A stretch of 64,000 bases of DNA, taken from positions 12,622-76,621 of the forward strand of contig CAXMOW010000004.1 in the NCBI GenBank assembly GCA_964195235.1, written 5' to 3'. The position numbers were made by a program, and so were the translations under genes. Numbering within the stretch: the first letter of the stretch is position 1; every line of letters begins with the position of its first letter. Below the pieces are notes generated by a model. It ran no database searches and was not told the DNA's origin. It was given only the letters and a program-made list of their open reading frames with translations. Origin of the DNA: an uncultured Acidimicrobiia bacterium. Lineage in GTDB: Bacteria; Actinomycetota; Acidimicrobiia; Spongiisociales; ZC4RG35. Positions 9,263-17,461 of the stretch are shown in pieces.

Positions 9263-9784
9263 ATGAAGCGTCGAAACCTGACTGCCGTCGTTCTTGCCTT
9301 CGGTTTGCTGCTTGCAGCATGTGACGACGGGACGGTTGAGCTCTCGACAACTTCTTCTCTTGTCACCGGAACCACCGAAACTCCCGATCTGGTTGGTTCG
9401 ACGACCACGGCCGCTGGTGATGGAGGTGGTGACCAAACGGCGACAACCCTCGTCGGTGAAACGGTCGGGAGCTTTGTGATTGTCGTGCGAATCTCAGGCG
9501 AAAATGGGGAGACGCTTCACATCGTCATCCCGCCCGGGGCTTATACCGAGGTCGACCTGGAGAACTTCATCGGTGATCTCAAAGAGGCCGATCCCGAGTT
9601 GTGGGGCGCTGAGGTCTTTGACGACGAAGACGCCATTCAGGCTTTTGTGATTCCGGAGGATCAGCGGACCGCTGAACAGCAGACACTCGTCGATGAACAC
9701 CACTTTGTCAGCCTCGTAAATGGCGACACCATCCGTTTCCAGGGCCCGTTCTCCGAGTTTGGTGAGGCAATCATCGGGTCCTAA
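9263..9784 (+). CDS. lipoprotein of unknown function
   Basis: The signal peptide has a lipobox: MKRRNLTAVVLAFGLLLAAC-DDG. Confidence 0.55.
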   Translation: MKRRNLTAVVLAFGLLLAACDDGTVELSTTSSLVTGTTETPDLVGSTTTAAGDGGGDQTATTLVGETVGSFVIVVRISGENGETLHIVIPPGAYTEVDLENFIGDLKEADPELWGAEVFDDEDAIQAFVIPEDQRTAEQQTLVDEHHFVSLVNGDTIRFQGPFSEFGEAIIGS

Positions 9785-9803
9785 CAGCGGTAGTGTCGGC
9801 GCT

Positions 9804-10211
9804 ATGGCTGACTTCCCGCAACCAGGCATGGAGCTGACTCACATCCTGGTGGTCAGTGACTTCGAAAGCTCGGTCGCCTGGTATCGAGATGTGCTCGGGG
9901 CGAACCTTCATCGCGAGTACGGGGGGACTTCAGCAGTTTTCGATTTCAACGGTGTCTGGCTCCTGGTGGTTACTGCAGGTGGTCCCACCGAAGACAAACC
10001 TGGCGTTTCGTTTGGCCCTCCGACTGACCGCACGAGGGTGAATCACTCTTTCACGATCAGAGTGGACGACTGTCAGGTCGCATATGAGACTCTCAAGGGG
10101 CGTGGCGCCGAGTTTCTGACGCCTCCTTACGACTGGGGCGCGGAGATTCGTTGCTTCTTCCGCGATCTGGACGGGATCTTGTTCGAGATCAGCGAGATCC
10201 CTGATCAATAG
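9804..10211 (+). CDS. VOC (glyoxalase/bleomycin-resistance/dioxygenase) family protein
   Basis: ATG at 9804. The THILVVSDFESSVAWYRDVLG opening and FRDLDGILFEISE ending are typical of the VOC fold. Confidence 0.7.
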   Translation: MADFPQPGMELTHILVVSDFESSVAWYRDVLGANLHREYGGTSAVFDFNGVWLLVVTAGGPTEDKPGVSFGPPTDRTRVNHSFTIRVDDCQVAYETLKGRGAEFLTPPYDWGAEIRCFFRDLDGILFEISEIPDQ

Positions 10212-10215
10212 GAGG

Positions 10216-10881
10216 GTGGTCACCCTTCCCGGCGTGGAGATTCCGGGGCATGTCCCTTCGGGTCTTGGAAACGAGCGGCATCCGATGAGGTTGATGACAC
10301 GTCGCGCTGCAGGCTTAGACCCTGGCGAGTGGGACGCTTCCACTCAGGAGGAAGTGACAGGTGTGTTCGATGCTCTGGCACCAGAGTGGCACACCCGCAC
10401 TTCCAGCCAACGCACCGAGGTTGTCGCTGATGCCCTCCGACGAGGGTTGGATGGGGTGGGAGCGGAGCGTGGTCTGGCCATCGAAGCTGGTGCCGGAATC
10501 GGTACCTATTCGGCAATGTTGAATACGCGATTCCGATCCGTTCTATCGCTCGACCTGTCGTTTGAGATGATCGCCAGATCTTCGGCTCCGCTGGCACACC
10601 GGATTGTCGCCGATGCCAGCCGGCTACCCGTTGGCGACGAAACTGCAGATGGACTGGTCTTGATCAATGCCTTTGTCTTCCCCGAAGAGGTGAAACGGGT
10701 GCTCAGGAGGGGAGGAACCATCGTCTGGGTCAATTCGAGCGGCGATCAAACTCCTATCCATCTTTCGACAGAAGACCTGGTGAGAGCCCTTCCCTTCCCG
10801 GTACGCGGTGTGGAGAGCAGGGCTGGGGCTGGCTCCTGGTGTGTCCTGATACGAGCCGACGGTTCTACCGCGGTTCACTAG
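10216..10881 (+). CDS. class I SAM-dependent methyltransferase
   Basis: Motif I (AIEAGAGIGTYS) and post-I/II elements (LVLINAFVFPEEVKRVLRRGGTIVWV) are present. The start is uncertain (GTG 10216 or ATG 10285). Confidence 0.7.
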   Translation: MVTLPGVEIPGHVPSGLGNERHPMRLMTRRAAGLDPGEWDASTQEEVTGVFDALAPEWHTRTSSQRTEVVADALRRGLDGVGAERGLAIEAGAGIGTYSAMLNTRFRSVLSLDLSFEMIARSSAPLAHRIVADASRLPVGDETADGLVLINAFVFPEEVKRVLRRGGTIVWVNSSGDQTPIHLSTEDLVRALPFPVRGVESRAGAGSWCVLIRADGSTAVH

Positions 10882-10892
10882 TTGTCTGTGGG

Positions 10893-10985
10893 TCCGAATT
10901 TCTGACACCTCCCCATGACTGGGGCGCAGAGCCTCGGAGCTTCTTTCGCGATCCTGATGAAAATTTTTTGGAGATCAGTGAGTAC
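10893..10985 (+). pseudogene. remnant copy of a VOC-family 3' end
   Basis: SEFLTPPHDWGAEPRSFFRDPDENFLEISEY parallels AEFLTPPYDWGAEIRCFFRDLDGILFEISEI at 10107-10211, and nucleotide similarity is visible. There is no N-terminal part, and it overlaps the 3' end of the minus-strand gene. Confidence 0.6.
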
Positions 10986-11538
10986 CGGGCGTCGTACCAG
11001 TCTCCACACTGCCCCACCACAGATCGCCATACCGACACACCACCCCGTCGGAGGAGACCTCGAGGTCGTAGTCGGCCGTGGCCGAGTGATACCGCCAATG
11101 GGTGTCGGAGACTCTTGTGTACTTCTGGATTGAGGGCGTGAACTCCATCTCAGGGAATCTGAGCCAGGCAGAGCGAGTCTCTGCAGTCCCTCCGACCTCG
11201 AGGGCGAGGCGTCTGATGGCGAGTGTGTTGGTGGATGGCGTCCAACCCAGGTCGACGTCGATGCAACCGGCCAATTCATGATTCTCTTCGCCGTCGATCT
11301 GCCACTTGCCGTCATTCGCGGCGATATTGATGGTCTTTTCGCCCAGGTTGATGGAGCATTCCGTGGTGCGCCAAAGTTCGTCGACCGCGACCTCGTAGCG
11401 AATTTCTCCCGGTTCTCCATCAATGGGGATCATGACTATCCCTCGCAGGAGCCACCCGGTGTCGGTCCTGGCAAGCACGAAATGCTCGACACTTTGGTTG
11501 GGCTCACAGTGCCAGACTGCGTGTATACGAAATCTCAT
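10975..11538 (-). CDS. putative glycolipid-binding domain protein (DUF1089-like)
   Basis: 187-aa ORF. The DVDLGWTPSTNTLAIRRL segment recalls that family. The call is from memory. Confidence 0.45.
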   Translation of the reverse strand: MRFRIHAVWHCEPNQSVEHFVLARTDTGWLLRGIVMIPIDGEPGEIRYEVAVDELWRTTECSINLGEKTINIAANDGKWQIDGEENHELAGCIDVDLGWTPSTNTLAIRRLALEVGGTAETRSAWLRFPEMEFTPSIQKYTRVSDTHWRYHSATADYDLEVSSDGVVCRYGDLWWGSVETGTTPGTH

Positions 11539-11540
11539 AC

Positions 11541-12941
11541 CTAGAGCAGCAGGCTTGCCACCAGCAAGAACCCGCCAAAACCGACAACGTCGCTGATCAG
11601 GGTCACGAAAATCGATGATGCCACCGCCGGGTCGAGCCCCAAGCGCCGGAGGATCAGAGGTATGCCGGCACCCGCCACAGTTGCGATTACCAGGTTGGCC
11701 AGCACGGCGATTCCAACCACGACGGCGACCGTGATCGGTTCTGAGTCACTGTTGAACACATCAGTAGTGAGTAAGACATAGGTCATCGCGCCACCTGCGA
11801 CTGCGAGCACCAGCCCGTTGAGAAGGCCGACGCCGGCCTGTCTTGCCAGAATTCCGGGGACCTGGGCACTCGGAACGTCGTCGGTCGCCAGAGATCGGAT
11901 CATCACAGCCAGACTCTGGTTGCCACCGTTCCCACCAAGGAGGGCAATCACTGGCATGAGTGCAGCAAGCACCGGCTCCTGACTGATGAGGCCGGTTTGT
12001 CGTTCGATCACCCATGCCACGATCAGAGCAAGGAGCAGGTTGAGAAGGAGCCACGGGGATCGCAAGCGGAACGACTCGCCGACGTCGGTGTAGACCGTTT
12101 CCTCGACACCGGCGCCGACGGCCGCCGCGAAGTCCTCCGAAGCCTCATCCTGGACCGCTTCGATGACAGCGTCAGTCGTCACCATTCCCAGGAGCACACC
12201 ATCGCGGTCGGTCACCGGGATCCCAAAGAGGTGATAGCGCTGACAAAGCTCCGCGACCTCCTCTCGATCGGTGAATGCAGTGACGGCAATGGGGTCAACC
12301 ATGACGTCGGCGAGTGGCGAACCGGGTCGTTTGAAAACGAGATCCCGAAACGAGAGGACGCCTTGCAGCTTGCGGTCATCGTCGATCACATAGACGTACG
12401 ACAAGTCTTCGTAGTCGTCGCTCAGTTGACGAACTCGTTCGATCGCTTCACCGGTGGTCAAGCCCATGGGGAGCGACGCGATCTCGGTGATCATCAGACC
12501 ACCGGCTGTGTCAGCCGGATAGACCAGCAGATCTCGAACTTCCTGCTCAGCCTTGTCGGCCATGGCCGTCAGAACGTCTTCGACAACGTCTTCGTCCAGC
12601 TCACCGACCAGGTCGGCAGCTGCCTCCGATGGCATCTCGTTTAGCGCCGCTGCCAAGCTGGTGAGGGGAACTTCGTCGACAAGCTCCGCGGCGAGTTCGG
12701 GTGCTATCTCTTCCAAGACCTCGGCAGCCTCGAGGGGTTCGAGATCCGCTAGCAGTCCGGCGGCCTTCACTTCATCGAGCTGTTCGAGGATGTCAGCGGC
12801 GTCGCCAGGTGTGGCCTCTGCGAGCGCCCCCCACTCTTCGGATTTGGCTTCGAGATACCCCGCGACCTCGGTGTTGTCGCGGCGCGCGGCAGCGAGGAGC
12901 GTTTTGGCAAGTTGGCGTGGGCTTCTGAGTCGAAGTCTCAC
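11541..12941 (-). CDS. mgtE: magnesium transporter MgtE
   Basis: It has an acidic N-domain, tandem CBS region and C-terminal TM domain with GNGGNQS and DVVGF motifs. Confidence 0.9.
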   Translation of the reverse strand: MRLRLRSPRQLAKTLLAAARRDNTEVAGYLEAKSEEWGALAEATPGDAADILEQLDEVKAAGLLADLEPLEAAEVLEEIAPELAAELVDEVPLTSLAAALNEMPSEAAADLVGELDEDVVEDVLTAMADKAEQEVRDLLVYPADTAGGLMITEIASLPMGLTTGEAIERVRQLSDDYEDLSYVYVIDDDRKLQGVLSFRDLVFKRPGSPLADVMVDPIAVTAFTDREEVAELCQRYHLFGIPVTDRDGVLLGMVTTDAVIEAVQDEASEDFAAAVGAGVEETVYTDVGESFRLRSPWLLLNLLLALIVAWVIERQTGLISQEPVLAALMPVIALLGGNGGNQSLAVMIRSLATDDVPSAQVPGILARQAGVGLLNGLVLAVAGGAMTYVLLTTDVFNSDSEPITVAVVVGIAVLANLVIATVAGAGIPLILRRLGLDPAVASSIFVTLISDVVGFGGFLLVASLLL

Positions 12942-12986
12942 AGGTGCCCCCCGGTTCGGTCGGACGGGGTCAGGCTACCGCGAGGG

Positions 12987-13463
12987 TCAGCCGTCGTAGG
13001 GACGCACCGAGACCACTTTCACTTTGAAGGTTCCGGCGGGCGCTTCGTACGCAACCTCATCACCTATGTCGGCGCCGAGCAGTGCAGACCCGAGGGGGCT
13101 GGTTGGAGAAGCTAGGAGTAGTCCGGCGATCTTGTTTTCCTGAGGGGCCACGAAGTATTCCATTTCGTCACCGTCGGAGTCGACGACCGTTACCACACTG
13201 CCTATCTCGACCTTGCCAGTGTCCTTGACCTCGCGGACTTCGGCGGTGTGGATGAGGTGCTCCAATTTCCGAATTCGAGCTTCCATCAAACCCTGCTCGT
13301 TCTTGGCGGCGTCATAGTCGGCGTTCTCGCGAAGGTCGCCATGTGATCGGGCCTCAGCGATGCGCTCTTCGATTTCACGGCGGCCTTCGGTCTTCAGATT
13401 CTCCAGCTCGACCTCAATCTTCTTCAGGGCGTTGGGGGTGAGAAATGTTGTCTGATCTGACAT
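12987..13463 (-). CDS. greA: transcription elongation factor GreA
   Basis: ATG at 13463. ARSHGDLRENADYDAAKNEQG is the GreA hallmark. The longer track ORF (to 13625) is an upstream extension without homology. Confidence 0.9.
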   Translation of the reverse strand: MSDQTTFLTPNALKKIEVELENLKTEGRREIEERIAEARSHGDLRENADYDAAKNEQGLMEARIRKLEHLIHTAEVREVKDTGKVEIGSVVTVVDSDGDEMEYFVAPQENKIAGLLLASPTSPLGSALLGADIGDEVAYEAPAGTFKVKVVSVRPYDG

Positions 13464-13572
13464 GAGCGGAGGAGGGTAATTACGACTGGGCTCTGTGCAA
13501 CAGCTGGGCAAGAGTTTCGGAACGAAACTCTCAAGCTTCCCGGAGGGCGGAGCCGTGCTTAACCTGCCTGTC

Positions 13573-14595
13573 GTGACAGACATTCGACTCACGGGATACA
13601 GCCACGGCGCTGGCTGAGGCTGCAAACTCGGCCCGGCCGAGCTGGCTCAGGTTCTGAGCCCCGTTCAATCACATCCTTCCACCACCCATCCTGATCTCCT
13701 CGTCGGAATCGGCACGGGCGACGACGCCGGCGTGTACTCGCTGGGAGACGGACGCGCCCTGATCCAGACAATCGATGTGTTCGCGCCTGTGGTCGACTCC
13801 GCCCGGGATTGGGGTCGCATCGCCGCCGCCAACGCGTTGAGCGATGTGTACGCGATGGGTGCCGAGCCGCTTACCGCCTTGCAATATCTTGCATGGCCAA
13901 GAGACGAATTGCCGCTCGAATTGGCATCGGAAGTGATTATCGGTGGGATGGATGTCATGGCCGACGCCGGTTGCACGGTTGTCGGCGGTCACTCAATCGA
14001 CGGTCCCGAGCCCCACTACGGGTTTGCGTTGACCGGCCTGGCTCCGGTCAACGGGATTCTCACCAATGCCGGCGGCCGACCTGGAGATATCCTTGTACTG
14101 ACTAAACCTCTAGGCATGGGGATCATCGCCACCGCCATCAAACGAGCTCGTTGCTCTCCCGAATTGGAAGCCGAAGCTGTGCGTTGGATGAGTCGGTTGA
14201 ATCGTGAAGCGGGTGTCGCCGCCGCAGACTTTGGAGCAAACGCTGTGACTGATGTCACCGGTTTTGGCTTGCTGGGGCATCTCCGCGAGATGTGCGAGGC
14301 GTCGGGGGTCGGCGCCGAGATCGACTTCGAGCGGGTGCCGATTCTGTCCGGCACATCTGAATTGCTGGCTGCGGGGATGTGGCCTGGCGGTTCGAGTCGC
14401 AATCTGGTGGCAGTGATAGAAGACGTGGTCAGCGAGCGGGACGTCGAGGAGATCAAACTTCTGGCCGACGCCCAGACAAGTGGGGGATTGCTAGTGGCGT
14501 TGCCCGCTGACGGAGTCGATCGATACGTCGAGATCGTTGACGGTGCTGCGGCTATTGGCTCCCTCACTTCTGAGAAGTCGCTCCAGGTGGTTTAA
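13573..14595 (+). CDS. selD: selenide, water dikinase (selenophosphate synthetase), selenocysteine-containing (TGA at 13615-13617)
   Basis: From GTG 13573 the frame reads VTDIRLTGYSHGAG-TGA-GCKLGPAELAQVL and continues in frame into track ORF 13732-14595. E. coli SelD reads IRLTQYSHGAGCGCK at this site (from memory). Sec/Cys at this position is well known. Confidence 0.85.
13627..13660 (+). promoter_or_regulatory. candidate bacterial SECIS hairpins downstream of the selD UGA
   Basis: CTCGGC-CCG-GCCGAG (13627-13641) and GGCTCAG-GTT-CTGAGCC (13644-13660) are both perfect stems, 12-45 nt after the UGA. Confidence 0.45.
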
Positions 14596-14603
14596 ATGAT
14601 CGG

Positions 14604-15026
14604 ATGAACTCCGATCAGCGTCTCGAAGTCATAGCCGACGCCCTTTCCATACCGGCCGCGCGTAGACACATCTTTCTCTGTGCAGATCAGACCAACCCCA
14701 AATGCGCCTCCCGTGAGATGACCAACGAACTCTGGCGTCATCTCAAGACGAGGCTGAAGACCGCCGAGCTCACTACGGCACCACCCAAGTGGCAAGGAGA
14801 CATGGACTCCAACCCCGATCCGGTCGAAGTGGGTAGTGGGTCAGTGCTCCGTTCAAAAGTCGATTGTCTTCGGATCTGCGAGCAAGGCGCGATCGCCGTG
14901 GTCTACCCGGAAGGCAGCTGGTATGCCGGACTCGACATCGAGAAGCTCGACAGGGTGATCGACGAGCATCTCATCGGAGGGGAACCAGTCGACGAGCTCA
15001 GTTTTGCTACGGGAGACCTTGCGTGA
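14604..15026 (+). CDS. thioredoxin-like [2Fe-2S] ferredoxin domain protein
   Basis: 140 aa with a four-Cys pattern (HIFLCADQTNPKC ... VDCLRIC) and AVVYPEGSWY. It starts 9 nt after selD. Confidence 0.5.
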   Translation: MNSDQRLEVIADALSIPAARRHIFLCADQTNPKCASREMTNELWRHLKTRLKTAELTTAPPKWQGDMDSNPDPVEVGSGSVLRSKVDCLRICEQGAIAVVYPEGSWYAGLDIEKLDRVIDEHLIGGEPVDELSFATGDLA

Positions 15027-15925
15027 TCAAGTGGCTGCGTTTGGCGGTTTGGGGCTTCCTTGGGTGGCGGTTCTTCGCTCCGACGATCCAACCGCAGTTC
15101 AAGCCGCCGCAGGTCCACCCCTGGCCACTCGCCGCGGCGACGGTCTTCGTGGGTGATGAGGAGTTCCTTGTCCGCCAGGCGGGCCCCAAGGCCGGCCGCC
15201 CGATTTTGCTCATTCACGGTCTCGGTGGGTCGTCGCTCGGCGAGTGGTATCTGATTGGTCAGAAGCTGGCTGCGAATCGCAGGGTCATCATGATTGACCA
15301 ACGCAGCCATGGTTTGTCTCCTGTTGCAACCGATCGTTTTGAGATAGAAGCCGTAGCCGACGACCTAGCGGGGGTCCTCGACGAGCTCGGTGTAGGTGCG
15401 GTCGATGTTGTCGGCTATTCGATGGGTGGGACTATCGCCCAGGCCTTTGCCCATCGCTATCGGGGCCGTGTTACCCGGCTTACGCTCATTGCGACCTTTG
15501 CGTTCCATCCGGATGAAATGAAGTGGCTGCGTCGTGTCGGAGCTCTGTTGACACGGGGTTGGGAGCGCATCACAGGCCTGGGAACACCCGAAGCTCGTAG
15601 TGGGTATCTGTTGGGTATGGGCGCAGTGAAGAGGGATCACGCCCGGTGGCTCTGGGAGGAGACCCATCGACGAGATCCTGACGCTGGGGCACAGGCCACA
15701 TTCGCTCTGCTCAGATTCGACTCCCGTTCCTGGATCGGCAGACTCGGCATTCCGACAATGGTGATCATTCCAACCGAAGATGTGTTGGTCCCGCCGGCAT
15801 GGCAGTACCAACTGGCTTCTCTCATTCCAGACACCCGAGTAGTAGAGATTATCGGTGCACGTCATGAAGTGGTGTGGACCCATCCCGACCGGGTACTCGA
15901 CGAACTTGCGTCTTTTCTGGACTAG
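15023..15925 (+). CDS. alpha/beta-fold hydrolase
   Basis: GTG at 15023 (GTGA overlap with the previous gene). It has an N-terminal TM helix, HGLGGS oxyanion region, GYSMGG nucleophile elbow and C-terminal GARHE. Confidence 0.8.
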   Translation: MIKWLRLAVWGFLGWRFFAPTIQPQFKPPQVHPWPLAAATVFVGDEEFLVRQAGPKAGRPILLIHGLGGSSLGEWYLIGQKLAANRRVIMIDQRSHGLSPVATDRFEIEAVADDLAGVLDELGVGAVDVVGYSMGGTIAQAFAHRYRGRVTRLTLIATFAFHPDEMKWLRRVGALLTRGWERITGLGTPEARSGYLLGMGAVKRDHARWLWEETHRRDPDAGAQATFALLRFDSRSWIGRLGIPTMVIIPTEDVLVPPAWQYQLASLIPDTRVVEIIGARHEVVWTHPDRVLDELASFLD

Positions 15926-15953
15926 TAAGCCTGTTCACAGCGGCGCACTGTGT

Positions 15954-17309
15954 ATGCCTCTGTGCACACGCAAGGTCGTGTGGGGTGTGGGCGTCACGGT
16001 CGTGTTTGTCGTCACGGCACCAAGAAGAGCCATGGCCCACGGTATCGGGGGCGGCCCGGATCTCGCAGTCCCCTTTCAGTATGTTGTCTTTGGCGTCGTC
16101 TTGGCCCTGATTGTGTCTTATGTGGCTCTCGCATTGTTGTGGCGCGAGCCGAGGTTGCAGGACGGCCCGCGGTATGAAGGACCGGGTCGTAAGGTCCGCA
16201 CTCGACCGATCCTGGCCGCCGCCGGGATTGTCGCCCTTCTTCTTGTCATCGGTCAGGTCGTCCCGGCGATCTTTGGATTCGACCGAGATCCCACTCGCCC
16301 AACAATCGCTCCAGTCTTGGTCTGGGTGGTGTTCTGGTTGGTGGTGCCCTTCGCTTCGGCTCTTATTGGGAGCTGGTACACCGACCTCAATCCCTGGCGG
16401 ACCCTTGCCAGCAGCGACATGGACAAAACGCACATTCTTCAGCGGTTTGGAGTGTGGCCGGCTGCAATCATTTTCATAGTGTTTGCCTGGTTCGAACTGG
16501 TCAGTCCCAATTCAGGAGACCCGGTCACTCTCGGTGTTGCCGCACTTGCATACACGGTGTTTCTCGCGATGGTGATGGCCGTCGCGGGTAGAGAAGCTGG
16601 TCTGGCTTCCTTCGATGCATTCACGCCATACAACCGTCTATTTTCTGCCATCTCTCCGCTTGGTCGCAGCGGCGAAGGCAGGCTCGTATGGCGGGGGTGG
16701 CTTCGGGCCCTTCCGGTGATCCCGGAGTGGCCAGGTCTCTGGGTATTTGTTGTCGCGATGATCGGCTCCGTCGCGTACGACGGAGCCTCCGGCACCGACT
16801 GGTTTGACAACGTCACCTTCGGTCTGCTGGGAAGCATCGGTGGTCAGACCGCACTTTTGGTCCTTTCGGTCGTCGTAGTGGGCATGGGATTTTGGCTTGC
16901 GTCATTTGTCACAGCAAAGCTCGGCAACAGCAGCGTCACCACGACCAAAGTGACCCAGCGCTTCGCACACACCCTGGTTCCTATTGCCCTTGCCTATGCC
17001 GTTGCTCACTACTTCACGTTGATCATCTTTGAGGGTCAGCAACTCTTTGCTGCGATCTCCGATCCCTTCGGTCTCGGATGGAACCTGTTCGGTACCGCGG
17101 ATCGTCGTGTCGACTTCTTCATTGTCGATAGCGAGCCGGTCTGGTATTTCCAGGTCGCTTCTATCGTTGGTGGAAGTTTGCTCGGGGTCGCCCTCGCCCA
17201 CGACCGGGCCCTCGCTGATTACGGCGGAGATGCGGTTCGCTCCCAGTACGCGATGCTTGTTCTGATGATTGGTCTCGCTGCTCTTGGTTTGACGATCCTG
17301 GCCGGCTGA
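15954..17309 (+). CDS. polytopic integral membrane protein, unknown function
   Basis: ATG at 15954. About 10 hydrophobic segments and a signal-like N-terminus ending AMAHG. It sits upstream of ctaB, where ctaA would be in Bacillus, but it has no COX15-like His pattern. Confidence 0.55.
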   Translation: MPLCTRKVVWGVGVTVVFVVTAPRRAMAHGIGGGPDLAVPFQYVVFGVVLALIVSYVALALLWREPRLQDGPRYEGPGRKVRTRPILAAAGIVALLLVIGQVVPAIFGFDRDPTRPTIAPVLVWVVFWLVVPFASALIGSWYTDLNPWRTLASSDMDKTHILQRFGVWPAAIIFIVFAWFELVSPNSGDPVTLGVAALAYTVFLAMVMAVAGREAGLASFDAFTPYNRLFSAISPLGRSGEGRLVWRGWLRALPVIPEWPGLWVFVVAMIGSVAYDGASGTDWFDNVTFGLLGSIGGQTALLVLSVVVVGMGFWLASFVTAKLGNSSVTTTKVTQRFAHTLVPIALAYAVAHYFTLIIFEGQQLFAAISDPFGLGWNLFGTADRRVDFFIVDSEPVWYFQVASIVGGSLLGVALAHDRALADYGGDAVRSQYAMLVLMIGLAALGLTILAG

Positions 17310-17461
17310 TGGAGGTCTTTGCCCACTATTGGGGAATAGACGAGGTCGGCATCTTCGTGATTCCGGCCGTGCTTGTCGTCGTGCTGCTTCGTGGGATCGA
17401 GAAGAGGGCGAGAGTGAAGAGAAAAGAAGATGAACCTCAAGAGACAAGTCATGCCGACTGA
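17309..17461 (+). CDS. 50-aa single-pass membrane protein (not in the ORF track)
   Basis: The ATG overlaps the stop of the previous gene (TGATG). Sequence: MEVFAHYWGIDEVGIFVIPAVLVVVLLRGIEKRARVKRKEDEPQETSHAD, with a hydrophobic core and a basic tail. Confidence 0.3.
   Translation: MEVFAHYWGIDEVGIFVIPAVLVVVLLRGIEKRARVKRKEDEPQETSHAD

Noticed and set aside
8443-9408. Long antisense or alternative-frame ORFs (for example 8443-9408 minus, 31758-32849 plus, 54992-55858 minus, 301-1080 minus, 38233-38781 plus)
   Set aside because: Each lies opposite, or out of frame with, a gene that has clear family motifs. Their translations are Arg/Pro/Ser-rich low-complexity sequence, which is typical of shadow ORFs in high-GC DNA.
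10839-11141. ORF 10839-11141 as a real 100-aa gene
   Set aside because: Only residues 19-49 show similarity (VOC C-terminus). The rest overlaps the minus-strand gene 10975-11538 and looks non-coding, so I treat it as a remnant.
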